Origin: the human T2T-CHM13v2.0 reference genome, Homo sapiens
Length of the DNA stretch: 64,000 bases
Reading direction: 5' to 3' (one strand)
Assembly (NCBI RefSeq): GCF_009914755.1
Contig: NC_060926.1
Shown piece by piece: positions 45,248 through 56,730 of the stretch. The notes below the pieces were generated by a model that was given only the letters and a program-made list of their open reading frames with translations, was not told the DNA's origin and made no database searches. The position numbers and the translations under genes are program-made. Position 1 is the first letter of the stretch. The number at the start of each line of letters is the position of its first letter.

Positions 45248-45282
45248 AAAAAAACAAAAAGCAAAAAACAAATGTTTATTTA

Positions 45283-45475
45283 AATAATAGCTAATACTTA
45301 AGCAGCATTTGCATATGCCAGGAAATTTATGTATATGAACTCCTTCAACTCTTACAATAATATCTATTTTGCTGATGGGGAAACCAAGTCACAGATAGGT
45401 TGAAAAACTGGACTAAGACTGCAGAGTGAGGATTTGAAATTGGGGCTACAGTCTGTGTTCTTAACCACTGCATTT
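45283..45475 (-). mobile_element. MIR
   Basis: 'aataatagctaa', 'gatggggaaaccaagtcacaga', 'tcttaaccactg'. Confidence 0.6.
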
Positions 45476-46376
45476 TAGTGCCCCTTGCTTAAAGCATTAT
45501 TTACTGCCTCTTTCAAGCTTTTATACAAATAAGAAACATAAAGCTGCACATTTCAACTCGAGTGACCATTTCCACTTGGTTCCGTTATCTTCTAACCATT
45601 TTAATAAACAAACTCATCAAACAGAAAAATTAAGTTTAAAAAAGTTGTCATATCCTGTTTAATGGCAAAATACAATTTTAGCAATGCTCTTTTGATATAA
45701 ACATAAAAATATTGAAAGCATAAATAAACTGTCAGGCCAGCCAAATAGTAATTATTTTGACATTAAACAAGATATTCATCTGTTTTCCTGAGTAAATAAT
45801 CTCTGACAGCATCTAAAAGACAATGAGATCACGCAGCATTCAGGCACTAATGTACTCACTACATGGGGATAAAAGAAGCAAATGTTGGTGGATCAAAGGG
45901 GGCTCAGAGCAATGAGTAATGTAACACTCATCTCAAATTAAACAGCCATCTCCATGATGTGATGCAGAGTTTTATCTACCCCACTTTCTTTAGCAGCTGG
46001 AAGAAGAGAAGCAGTATTCCTGGGAGAAAGAGAATTAGGGAGGAGGGTATTCATGGCCTGGACAGGATGGAGAAGGGGAAATCAGCAAAAGAATAGAGGA
46101 GGCCACCTTGTGTTCTGGTTCCTAGTCTCCTCCATGAAATGGATGAGTATCCATCCATTGCGCCCCATTCTAGTTTGACGGCACCCAGAGTCCTTTATCT
46201 TAACCCATGGATGTCTGCCTTTTGGAGCAGTCATGTTTAAAATGTTCTACTGTGAAGGGTCCCGCTCTAAGGGGAACCCAGAAAACTTCATCTCACTTGA
46301 CAGTCTCTATCATCTGATTAGTAAAAGCCCATGTCTTCACTGGGTGCCACAAGGCAGAAATATAAGTGCCTGAAAC

Positions 46377-46696
<320 letters not shown>

Positions 46697-46749
46697 TAAT
46701 CATGATAATCATCAATAAGCACTTTGAAAGCTATTGTTCCTTTATGCGT

Positions 46750-46975
46750 GATTTCCTCATCTATAAGATGGGGTAATAGTGCTGACCACATGAGTTTGTT
46801 CTGAAGATTTAAGCATAAAATACTGAAAACAGTGTCTGGCACACAGTAGGTACTCAACATTATTTTTGTATCGTAATTCTTTTATATTACGCCCCTAAAA
46901 ATCCCATGGAGTAGTGGGAGGGCAGATTGTTACCTCCATTTTTCAGGCAAGGAAACTGAGGCTTAGTGAAGTCTT
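46750..46975. mobile_element. Two MIR fragments in opposite orientation
   Basis: 'tttcctcatctataagatggggtaata' (+) and 'aggaaactgaggcttagtga' (-). Confidence 0.65.
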
Positions 46976-48162
46976 TTCCCCACAAGCTTTGGCAGTTCTG
47001 GAAGTAAAAGCTTCCAATTTTTATTTCAGTCTCTTCATTGGCCCAGAACCTAAATTAATTTTTTTCCTTAATTCTTCAAAGTCCTTTGGGAATTCCTAGT
47101 AGGGTCTTCTAGGATCACTTTTCTAACCCAAAGATTCCCTTACCCTGAGCGTGGACCTTCCGGTAGTAAAATCCAGCTTCCTCAGTTTGCTGTGAATTTG
47201 TGAAGAATCAATGGACAGTTGGGACAGATGAGACACAATGGGGCTTTCTGCGGGTTTATAAACATTCCTTACTCGAACTTGGGAAAGTGAACTAAGCTAA
47301 GGCAGAATAATCCTTTGGTTTTTGTCAAGTTGCCTTGGAGAAACAGGAAGTAGGATAATAGTTCATAGGAAAAGCAGAGTGTACTGGGTGTGATGCTGCG
47401 CTGGGGTTTGTGTTAGCTGCTATGGGGTTAGTTAGCTGCTAAATGCTAACTGATGCCAGCATTAATGCATTACACTCACATGGCGCTTTCCATTTACAAG
47501 CCATGTTCATGTGTATTAGCTTACTTAATCCTCATGAAAACCCTGTGAAACTGATGAGTCTAAAGATCAGGAGACAAGCTCCGAGAGATTAAGTGACAAG
47601 CCCAGGATTGTACAGGAGCAAGTGACGGAGTGGGGTCAAGCCACCTCTTACACCTGCAGTCAAAGGGGCTGCGTCCCAGAGCTGTAGGAGAGGGGCCAGA
47701 GGGAGGAGACATGTTGGAGGTCCTGGGTGATGTGAAAAGAGCTTTTTCCAGCAGCTAGGAAGCCAGGGTGCCCAGTGTTGGGGTCAGCAGAGAGCAGGAG
47801 GCCTGCTGCCCTGAATGGGACCTGCTTTGTACTCAGGGGGTGCTGAGATTGCCCTGTGCTCAGTGTGTACCAGGGCTAGACTCATGCATCAGACTATTGG
47901 GCCTGGCTACACTTTGTTTTTCCTTAAGGAAGGAGGGAGGGGAAACCCAACTGTGGTTAGATTGAAAAGATCACGACGGGGCAAAATCACTCCCTCTGGT
48001 GGTTACTTCTAGTAGTGGTGGGAGCAGCAAAACCAGCCCCCAAGAATAGTTTATGAAGGATAATGTAATCTGTGGGAGGAAGATCTAAACATGCAGTGTT
48101 GTTCCAATGCTGTTTTTACCCAGTATGGAAGTCGTTACAGCTGTCATCTCTGTAAATGAACT

Positions 48163-48203
48163 TCTCTCTCTCTCTCTCTCTTTCTGTCACACACACACAC
48201 ACA

Positions 48204-48252
<49 letters not shown>
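48163..48252 (+). repeat. Compound (TC)n-(CA)n microsatellite
   Basis: About 9 TC then more than 30 CA units with one TA interruption. Confidence 0.95.
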
Positions 48253-48255
<3 letters not shown>

Positions 48256-48329
48256 TATTTATTTAGCTCTTCTTTTCTCCAAGCCAGGGACTTTACAGTC
48301 ACTATTTCATTTAAGTTTCTTATTGTGCA

Positions 48330-48470
48330 TTATTAAGCCCAGGTAACAGGTGAGAAAACTGAGATTCAGAGACATTAAGTAAGTTTACCAAAGTCACAAC
48401 TTATTAGTGATGGTACCTGGACTCAGACTCAAGTATGACTTCAAATCCCAAGCTGTTACCCACTATGCTT
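48330..48470 (-). mobile_element. MIR
   Basis: 'caggtgagaaaactgagattcagaga..ttaagtaa..tt.ccaaagtcaca'. Confidence 0.7.
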
Positions 48471-48546
48471 TGCTGGCCATCATGGGATGCTTCACTGTTA
48501 ATATTTGCTAGCATTAATGCTGACCCTGACATGACATTGTCTAGAA

Positions 48547-48735
48547 CAGTGGTTATGCATCAGGGTCATAAAGATACTTCAAAAATCAGATTCCTAGTCA
48601 CCTACCTCAGAAACATCAAATCGAAATCTCTGAGTGTGAGGCCCATGAATCTCTATTTTCAAAAATTCTTCCCAGGCAATTCTGACGAAGACAGCTCAGT
48701 TCAGGTCTGTGAACTGGCGTCTGTAAACTGCTGCT
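48547..48735. mobile_element. MER5-like hAT-Charlie relic
   Basis: 'cagtggtt...gaaatctctgagtgtgaggcccatgaatctctattttcaaaaa..cccaggcaattctga'. Confidence 0.6.
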
Positions 48736-49094
48736 CTAGTGCTTTTACATTTTCTAGCCCTGTCTTGTCTGTAACTTTGCTTCTGAAAAACAACACACAT
48801 AAGAGGCAGGCACAGGAAGTATGCTGGCTCAGCACCATGGTTCAGCTTTGCCATCCAGGACAGAGAGAGGAAAAACTAGTTGGGGACTTTCTGTGGACAA
48901 GTTCTTATCCAACGTGTGTATACTGAATTCAGATGACTGTGAGGAGACAGTGTCAATTCAAAATTGAGAAAGATGAGAGAAAGGCTGGAGGCCCAGGCCA
49001 TAAAGAGGCTGCTTTTCCAAGGAAATATAGTGCAGAGAGAAGATAGCTTAAACTGAGCCAGTTTAACACAATGAGAAGGTCAAGATTATGCGTA

Positions 49095-49174
49095 TTAGGT
49101 TGGTGCAAAAGTAATTGCGGTTTTTGCCATTAAAAGTAATAGCAAAAACTGCAATTGCTTTTGCACCAACCTAA
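49095..49174. mobile_element. MADE1 (Hsmar1-derived MITE), full 80 bp
   Basis: TIRs ttaggttggtgcaaaagtaattgcggtttttgccatta / taatagcaaaaactgcaattgcttttgcaccaacctaa; TA on the left. Confidence 0.95.
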
Positions 49175-49175
49175 A

Positions 49176-49570
49176 TATGTCACCAGCTGCTGTAATAATT
49201 AGAACCCAAAATATAACAATGGCCCAAACATAATAGAAGTTGATTTCTCATCCAGGCAACAAACCAAGAGACATGTTTCAGGTTGGTAGGTGGCTGTCTT
49301 CCAGAAGGTGGTTCAAAGACCAAACCTCCTTCCATTTTGTGGCTCAGGGATCCGCTAGGGCCTCACTGCCTCCAGCCAGTGGAGGAGATTGAGAGCATGC
49401 AGGGGACATACTTTACTTCTTAAAGGCCTTAGCCTTCTAGTCACAGCCTAGGAGATCTCAACTACCCGCCCATCCCTAATAGAAGGAGAACTAGGAAATA
49501 CAGTGTATTTGTGTGCCAATAAAGAAAGAGAAGCAGAATATGTTGTGAGCACTATGTTCAGCTGGTCTTT
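49176..49570 (-). mobile_element. MaLR LTR (MLT1J/K-like)
   Basis: 'gctgctgtaa...aatagaagtt.atttctc', 'ctccttccattttgtggctc'. Confidence 0.6.
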
Positions 49571-50315
49571 GCAATATCAAGTGAGAATCCCCCTCAAAGC
49601 CTGCGATGGCAGTCCTCTTAATGGCAGGTGAAATAAAACAGAATGATCCTGGACAAGGCAGATCAGTGCTTTACATTTAAGTTTAGCCCAAGCTAATTGA
49701 GTAATATGAGACTGGATGTTTGTTACATCTGAAGGAAATTCTGCTTTAACTCCAGTGGCATAGGAAGGCACAGAAAAGAAAGCAAGAAATGACTAGTACA
49801 AGGCTTTGCCAACCAAACAAGGTAGAGGACTTTTTCATAAAAGTCATTGTTCTTATCTTTCCTCTAATTTTGCCTGAATCAGTGGCAATGTTGTCAGGGA
49901 TAAACACCTGTCCAGGGCCCACACACAACACTTGGAGCAAATGCTGCCACTCACAAAATATGGGGTATTACAGTGCTCTCAGTAGGCCCTTGGTGGAAAC
50001 TAGTGTCTTTCTTCTATCCTGCGAGGGAAAGGCAGATTTTTTTTTTATCTCTCCCGTATATCCCCAGAAAATAAAAACCCTTTAACCTCTTGATCTGCAA
50101 AGTCATGACACAACCTCCCTGTTTTCTCCTCAATGTCCAAAACCCAGTGATTTAGTGTATGGCCTATTCTGAGAAGTGAAAACTGTCAAATTCCATTATT
50201 GGATTTCTTTTTCATCCAAATACCAGGATCATATTCTTCCTTCTTGAGCAGAATAAATAATGAAATCTATATTTAGGAATACCTCGTGTCACACAGATAT
50301 ATGTTAAAAAGATCC

Positions 50316-50648
<333 letters not shown>

Positions 50649-50759
50649 CAGTTTTGGTTGATGACATCGAACATGAGGCAATAGTATAAAGAGGCTTCTA
50701 AATCGAGCTGCATTAATAGATAGGGCCCAGATCACGATAGGTAGTTATTTCACGGTTCT

Positions 50760-51195
50760 CTCCATAGGAGGGTCTTGGTCAGTTTTGAGTAAACATTTTA
50801 AAAAGATCATTCTAAAACTGCAGGGTTTCCTGAAAAGAATGAATGATGATGGGAAGGATTTGAGCATCAAGTCCCATGGAAAATTGCAGACGGAAACTAA
50901 GATTTGTATCACGGGGAAGAAAAGATCAAGATGAGTCTGATAACTGAAGGCCCAGGAAGTAAGGAGTGCTTAGTGTTACTTTGAATACCTCTGGGGACAA
51001 ACCAGACCAATGATAAAAGTTTTGGAGCATTAGATTTAAGCCCATATATAAAGAAGAATATTCTAATGATTTACAGTTTTCTAAAAATGAAATGGGCTCT
51101 TTAGGGACATAGAAGAGCTTTTTGTTAAGAATTGTATAAAGGGGTCCTTGATCTGGATGGGGGGTTGTCCAAGATAATACCTTTTGGTTCTGACA
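50760..51195 (+). mobile_element. L3/CR1 relic
   Basis: 'cagttttg..aaacattttaaaaagatcatt..aaaactg', 'gtcccatggaaaa..gaaactaagatttg...gaagaaaaga'. Confidence 0.55.
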
Positions 51196-51584
51196 TTTTC
51201 TGAAAGGGTATTGGATTTTGGGAAAAAAGCAAGCGCTGTGCAGGAGCAAAATAAGCACTCCCAGGAGATGCAGAATGATTAAAGACACCAAATAATGCAA
51301 ACAACAGGCACAAAAACAATGTATCTTCATTGTTTGCAGGCCATCAATGTTAAATTTAACTGTTTTAGCTCCTGCTCTTCTATTATCTGACATGCCCCTC
51401 CTTCAATTAATGCATGTTTAAATCCCATTCAACCTCTCTCCTAAGACTTCCCTAATTCCCAGGATGCAGGGCTTATTTTCTTCCTTTGAATTCCTATGGC
51501 AAATTGTGTGTATCTGCTTTTAAAAAATATTAGAAGCCTTCCAGTAATAAGAATTAATACACGTTTATTATAGGACAATATAGA

Positions 51585-51775
51585 CTTGCAGCCAGATTGA
51601 ATTCAAATCCTGGCTACACAACCTAATAGCTGTGTGATGGGAAATTTACTCTAAGTCTGTTCTTCACTTGTCTACAAAGCAGGGATAACAACATACCTAA
51701 CTCATAGGGTTTTTGAGAAATTAAGTAAGTTAAATGTATACAGTGCTTAAAATAGTGTCTCATTAGGTGTTGCTA
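51585..51775 (+). mobile_element. MIR
   Basis: 'ttcaaatcctggct', 'tagctgtgtga', 'acctaactcatagggtt'. Confidence 0.7.
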
Positions 51776-52354
51776 TTGTAAAAATAGCAATCATCAAAAA
51801 ATATAGAAAAGTAGAAAGAAGTCATCCATAACTTTGCCACCCAAAGACAACCACACTGTTTTTCCTATTTTTTTAAAGATAGCAGTGACCATATTGCACA
51901 TATAATTTCGTTTTCCAGTTTTTTACTTAATATTACAACATACAAATTTGTATAGCATATAAAATTCCTCATAAACCAAATATAAATGGCTACACGATGA
52001 TTTACCATGTGTAGTGCTATGACTTACTAGTAATTATACTCATTTATTACATAATTATTTATTACATTATTTTCCAAATTGAGGTTGTTTTCAATCTTGA
52101 CTATTAAAAGTGATGCTATAATGAAAGCCTTTCCTTTAATATCTTTTATTCTCCACCCCACCCTCCACACATTCGCTTTCTTCATCATTGATGTGAGCTT
52201 CTTGAGGCCAGGGACCAAAGTAAGGCCTTAGTCTTACTTGGTGTCCTTACACATATAGTGTCCTATACACATAATGATATATCCTGATCAATATGTCATG
52301 TGTCAAAAATCATTAAGCAAAGTTAAAAATCAATTAGTTAAAATATAATTTTTT

Positions 52355-52806
52355 TGGTTTCAACGACAGTTTATTTTCTCACAGTTCTGGAGGCTGGGAA
52401 GTCCAAGATCAATGTGCTGGGTGATTCAGTTTCTGGTGAAGGCTCTCTCTTTCTGGCCTGTAGATGGCTGCCTTCTTGGTATGTCCACATATGGCAGAAT
52501 AACAGAGAGAAGAGAAGAGAAAGAGAAGAGAAAAGAAGACAAGAGAAGAGAAGAAAGAGAAGAGAAAAGAAGACAAGAGAGGAGAAGAGAGGAGAGGAGA
52601 AGAGGGGAGAAGAGAGGGGAGAGAAGACGACAGTAAGATCTCTAGTGTCTCTTCTTATAGGGACATTAATCCCATCATGAGGGACCCACCCTCATTACCT
52701 CATATAACCTAATTATCTCCCAAAGGCTCTACCTCTAAATACCATCAAATTGGAGCTTAGGGCTTCAGTATATAAATTTGTTGGGGGAAGAATTCAGTCC
52801 ATAGTA
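52355..52806 (-). mobile_element. MLT1A-like MaLR LTR with internal purine repeat
   Basis: 'ctcacagttctggaggctgggaagtccaagatcaa', 'tcttataggga..ttaatcccat', 'attcagtccatag'. Confidence 0.85.
52504..52626 (+). repeat. GA-rich low-complexity purine tract
   Basis: About 120 nt of almost pure A/G; explains E/R/K-rich ORFs. Confidence 0.95.
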
Positions 52807-53184
52807 ATAGTATACATGGCCAAAAAAGAGTAAGGGAGTAATTTGAAGTGATACTGGAAATCACTGATTTTATAAATAGCCAGGAAACTTAATTGTTTCA
52901 GATGCATAGAGACCCCAAATTAATGCTGACCACATTTCCCCCAATAATTTCAGTATTTATAAATATGCAAATAATTTGCAGTGAAAAACTCTCTCTCCTG
53001 TCCCTGCTTTCTAGCCACCCATTTCTTTCCCAGATGCTGTGGCCAGTGCTTTTGTCCCTTCCAGAGACAGCATATGTGTACTCAGACCTCTTAGGGACAC
53101 ATGGGTTTCAGAATCCAGAACACTCCGGATTTAGGCAGTCTATAAGGTGCACATAGCATGTATTCCATAACACCTCAGGCTCTC

Positions 53185-53297
53185 TCCGGGACGCCTAGTC
53201 ATCCCTGCTTGCCCCAGACTATCCTGGCTTCAGCACTGTATGTCCCACATCCCAGGAACTCTCTCCATCCCAGGCAAAGTAGGCTCATTTGACGACT
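53185..53297. mobile_element. MER81-like hAT relic
   Basis: 'atccctgcttgccccagactatcctggcttcagcactg..gtcccacatcccaggaa..ccaggcaaa'. Confidence 0.6.
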
Positions 53298-56200
53298 TTT
53301 TAATTTAACCAAGCTTTTATGAATGGCTTTTCTTTTGCCTTTACTGCTTCTTAACACCAATTCAAAATTGCTTTAAAATCACTTTATTCTTCCTTATCCT
53401 TTGGTTTTCAGACTTTCTCTCTCTTTCAAACCGTTAGGCCAAATGTACTCTGACAAACATGAAATTCCACATCAAAGTAGACACAATTTTAATGCTCATT
53501 AAGAATTAACATCAAAATAGCTAGATAAATAAAACCAGCAGGATTATCAGAGGATAGTATAAATGGCAATTGCAGAATTCTTTCCCTGTTCTTTTTTGTT
53601 GTTGCTGAGAACATGTTATTACAACATATTTCTTTTATTTTTATCATTAATTTTCTATTGATACATAATATTTTATATATTTATAGGGCACATGTGATAT
53701 TCTATCACATGCATAGATTGTGTAATAATCAAGCCAGGGTATTTGAGGTATCCATCATCTTGAGTATTTATCATTTCTATGTATTGGAAACATTTCAAGT
53801 CCTTTCTTCTAGCTATTTAAAAATATACAACATATTGTTGTAAACTATAGACACCCTCCTTTGCTATTAAACATTAGAACTTATTCCTTCTATCTAACTG
53901 TATGTTTGTAGCCATTAATCAATCTCCCTTTACTCCCCCCACCCATACACGCTTCCCAGCCTCTGGATACTATCATTCTATTCTCTACCTCCATGAGATC
54001 AACATTTTTAGTTCCCACGTATGAGTGAGAACATGCAATACTTGTCTTTCTGTACCTGCATTATTTTCCTGAACATAATGATCTCTGGTTCCATCCATGT
54101 TGCTGCAAGTGACATGATTTCATTTTTTATGGTCAAGCATTCCATTGTGTATATATGTACTACATTTTCTTTATCCATTCGTCTGTTGATGGACTCCTAT
54201 CCGTTGATTCCATATCTTTGCTATTGTGAATAGTGCTGCCATAAACATGGGATGTATGTACTCATTTGATATATTGATTTTTTTTTTCTTCAGATAAATA
54301 CCCTATAGTGGGATTGCTGGATTGTACGGTAGTTCTATTTTTCGTTTATTGAGAACTATTCATTCTCCTTCCCATAGTGGTTGTTAGTGACAGCCCACTA
54401 ACAAGTGTATAAGAATTCCCTTTCCTCCACATCCTTAACAGCATCTGTTATGTTTCGTCTTTTTAATGATAGCCATTCTAACTGGTGTGAGATGATGATT
54501 AGTGATGTTGAGAATTTTTTCATATTGTTGTTGGTCATTTGTATGTCTTCTTTTGAAAAATGTCTATTTGTGTCCTTTGCCCATTTTCAAATGGGATTAT
54601 TTGTTTCTTCTATTGTTGAATTATTTGTGTTCCTTGTATATTCCGGATGTTAGTCCCTATCAGGTGAATAGTTTGCAAATATTTTCTGCCATTCAAGAGG
54701 TTGTCTCTTAACTTTGTTGATTGTTTCTTTTGCTGTGCAGAAACTTTTTAGTTTAATTAAGTCTCATTTGTCTATTTTTGTTTCTGTTGCCTGAGCTTTT
54801 GGGGTCTTAGCCATAAAATCTTTGCCTAGACTAATGACCTGAAGAATTTTCCCTGTTTCCTTTTAGTAGTTTTGGGTTTTATGTTTCAGGCTTTAATGCA
54901 TCTTGAGTTGATTTTTGCATATAGTAAGAGATAGGGGTCCAGTTTCATTCTTCTGCATATGATTACCCAGTTTTCCCAGCACGATTTATTGAAGAGGGCA
55001 TTCTTTCCTTGTATATTCTTGATGGCTTTGTTGAAGATCAATTAGCTGTAAAATATGTGGATTTATTTCTAGGTTCTCTATTCTGTTTTATTGGTCTGTG
55101 TGTCTACCTTTATAGCAATACCATGATTATTTGTTTACTATAGCCTTGTAATATATTTTGAAATCAGGTAGTGTGTGTGATACTTCCACATATTTTGTTC
55201 TTTTTGCTCAGGATTTCTTCAGAGATTCTGGCTCTTTTTTGGTTCCATACAAATTTTAGGATTGTTTTTTCTATATTTGTGAAAAATGACACTGGTATTT
55301 TGATAGGGATCACATTGAATCTGTAGATTGCTTTGGGCAGTATGGTTGTTTTAACAGTATTAATTCTGATCCATGAGCATGAGATGTCTTCCCATTTGCT
55401 TGTTCTCTTCAATTTCTTAATCAGTGTATTGTAATTTTTCTTATAGAGATCTTTAACCCCCTTGGTTAAATTTGTTTGTAGGTATTTTTTTTTGTAGCTA
55501 TCGTAAATGGGGTGGCCTTCTTGATTTCTTTTTTGGTTATTTCATTAATGGTGTATAAACACACTACTGATTTTTGTTATGTTGATTTTGTATCCTGCAA
55601 CATAACTGAAGTCATTTATCAGTTCTAAGAGGTTTTTGGTGACATATTTTGGTTTTTCTAAATATAAGATCATGTCATTTGCAAAGAGGGACAATTTGGC
55701 TTCCTCTTTTACAACTTGGATGACTTTTATTCATTTATCTTGCTTGATTACTCTGGCTAGGACATCCAGTACTATGTTGAATAGGAGTGAAAATGGGTAT
55801 CCTTGTCTTGTTTCAGTTCTTAGAGAAAAGGCTTCCAACTTTTCTCCATTCAGTGTGATGTTAGCTGTGGGTTTGTCAGAAATGGCCTTTATTATGTTGA
55901 GATATGTTCTTTCTATGCCTCACTTGTTGAGAGTTTAAATTATGAAGGGATATTGAATTTTATCAAGTGCTTTTTCTTCATCTATTGAGGTGATCAGATG
56001 GTTTTTGTTCCTCATTCTGCTGATATGATGTATTATATTTATTGATTTGCATATATTATAATATCCTTGCATCCCTGGTATAAATTCCAGTTGTTCATAG
56101 TATATTATCTTTTTGATGTGCTATTGGATTCAGTTTGCTAGTATTTTGTTAAAGATTTTTGTGTCTATGCTCATCATGGATATTGGCCTATAGTTTTCTT

Positions 56201-56730
56201 TGTTGTTGTTGTTACATCTGTGTGGTTTTGGTATCAGAAAAATGCTGGCCTCATAGAATGAGTTAGGGAGAATTCCCTTCTCTTCAATTTTTTGGAATAG
56301 TTTGAGGAGAAGTAGTGTTAATCCTTCTTTGAAAGTTTGGTAGAATTCAACAGTGAATCCATTTGGTCCTGGACATTTTTTCTCTTTGGAGACTTTATTA
56401 GTGATTTAATCTCATTACTCATGATTGGTCTATTCAAGTGTTTTATTTTTTCCTGATTTGATGTTGGCAGGTTGTATGTGTCCAGGAATTTATCAATTTC
56501 CTCTAGGTTTTCCAGTTTTTTAGTGATCTCTGATAATCTTTTTTATTTCTGTTGTATCAGTTATAATGTCTTTTTTTTATTTTCAATTTTGTGTATTTAA
56601 GTCTTTTTTTCTTAGACTAGCTAGCAGTTTATTATTTTTTTCATCTTTTCAGAAAAAAACAACTTTTCATTTTATTCATCTTTTATACTACTTTTTCAGT
56701 TTTTATTTCATTTAGGTGTGCTCTCATTTT

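Larger units (their letters stand above)
43863..45264 (+). mobile_element. HERV-W (HERV17) processed retrocopy: 3' env plus U3-R of LTR17 plus poly(A), 5'-truncated
   Basis: Syncytin-1-like peptides; PPT at 44911-44922; LTR starts tgagagacaggactagctggatttcc at 44923; ATTAAA at 45230, then A-tail from 45248 with no U5; TSD-like aaaacNNNtgtttattt at 43846-43862 and 45265-45281. Confidence 0.95.

Noticed and set aside
48435-48926. 163-aa ORF
   Set aside because: Spans MIR and MER5 relics; no recognisable protein motif
50926-51393. 155-aa ORF
   Set aside because: Partly antisense to an L3 relic; no recognisable homology
52354-52680. E/R/K-rich coiled-coil-like ORFs
   Set aside because: Translation of the GA-rich simple repeat within MLT1A
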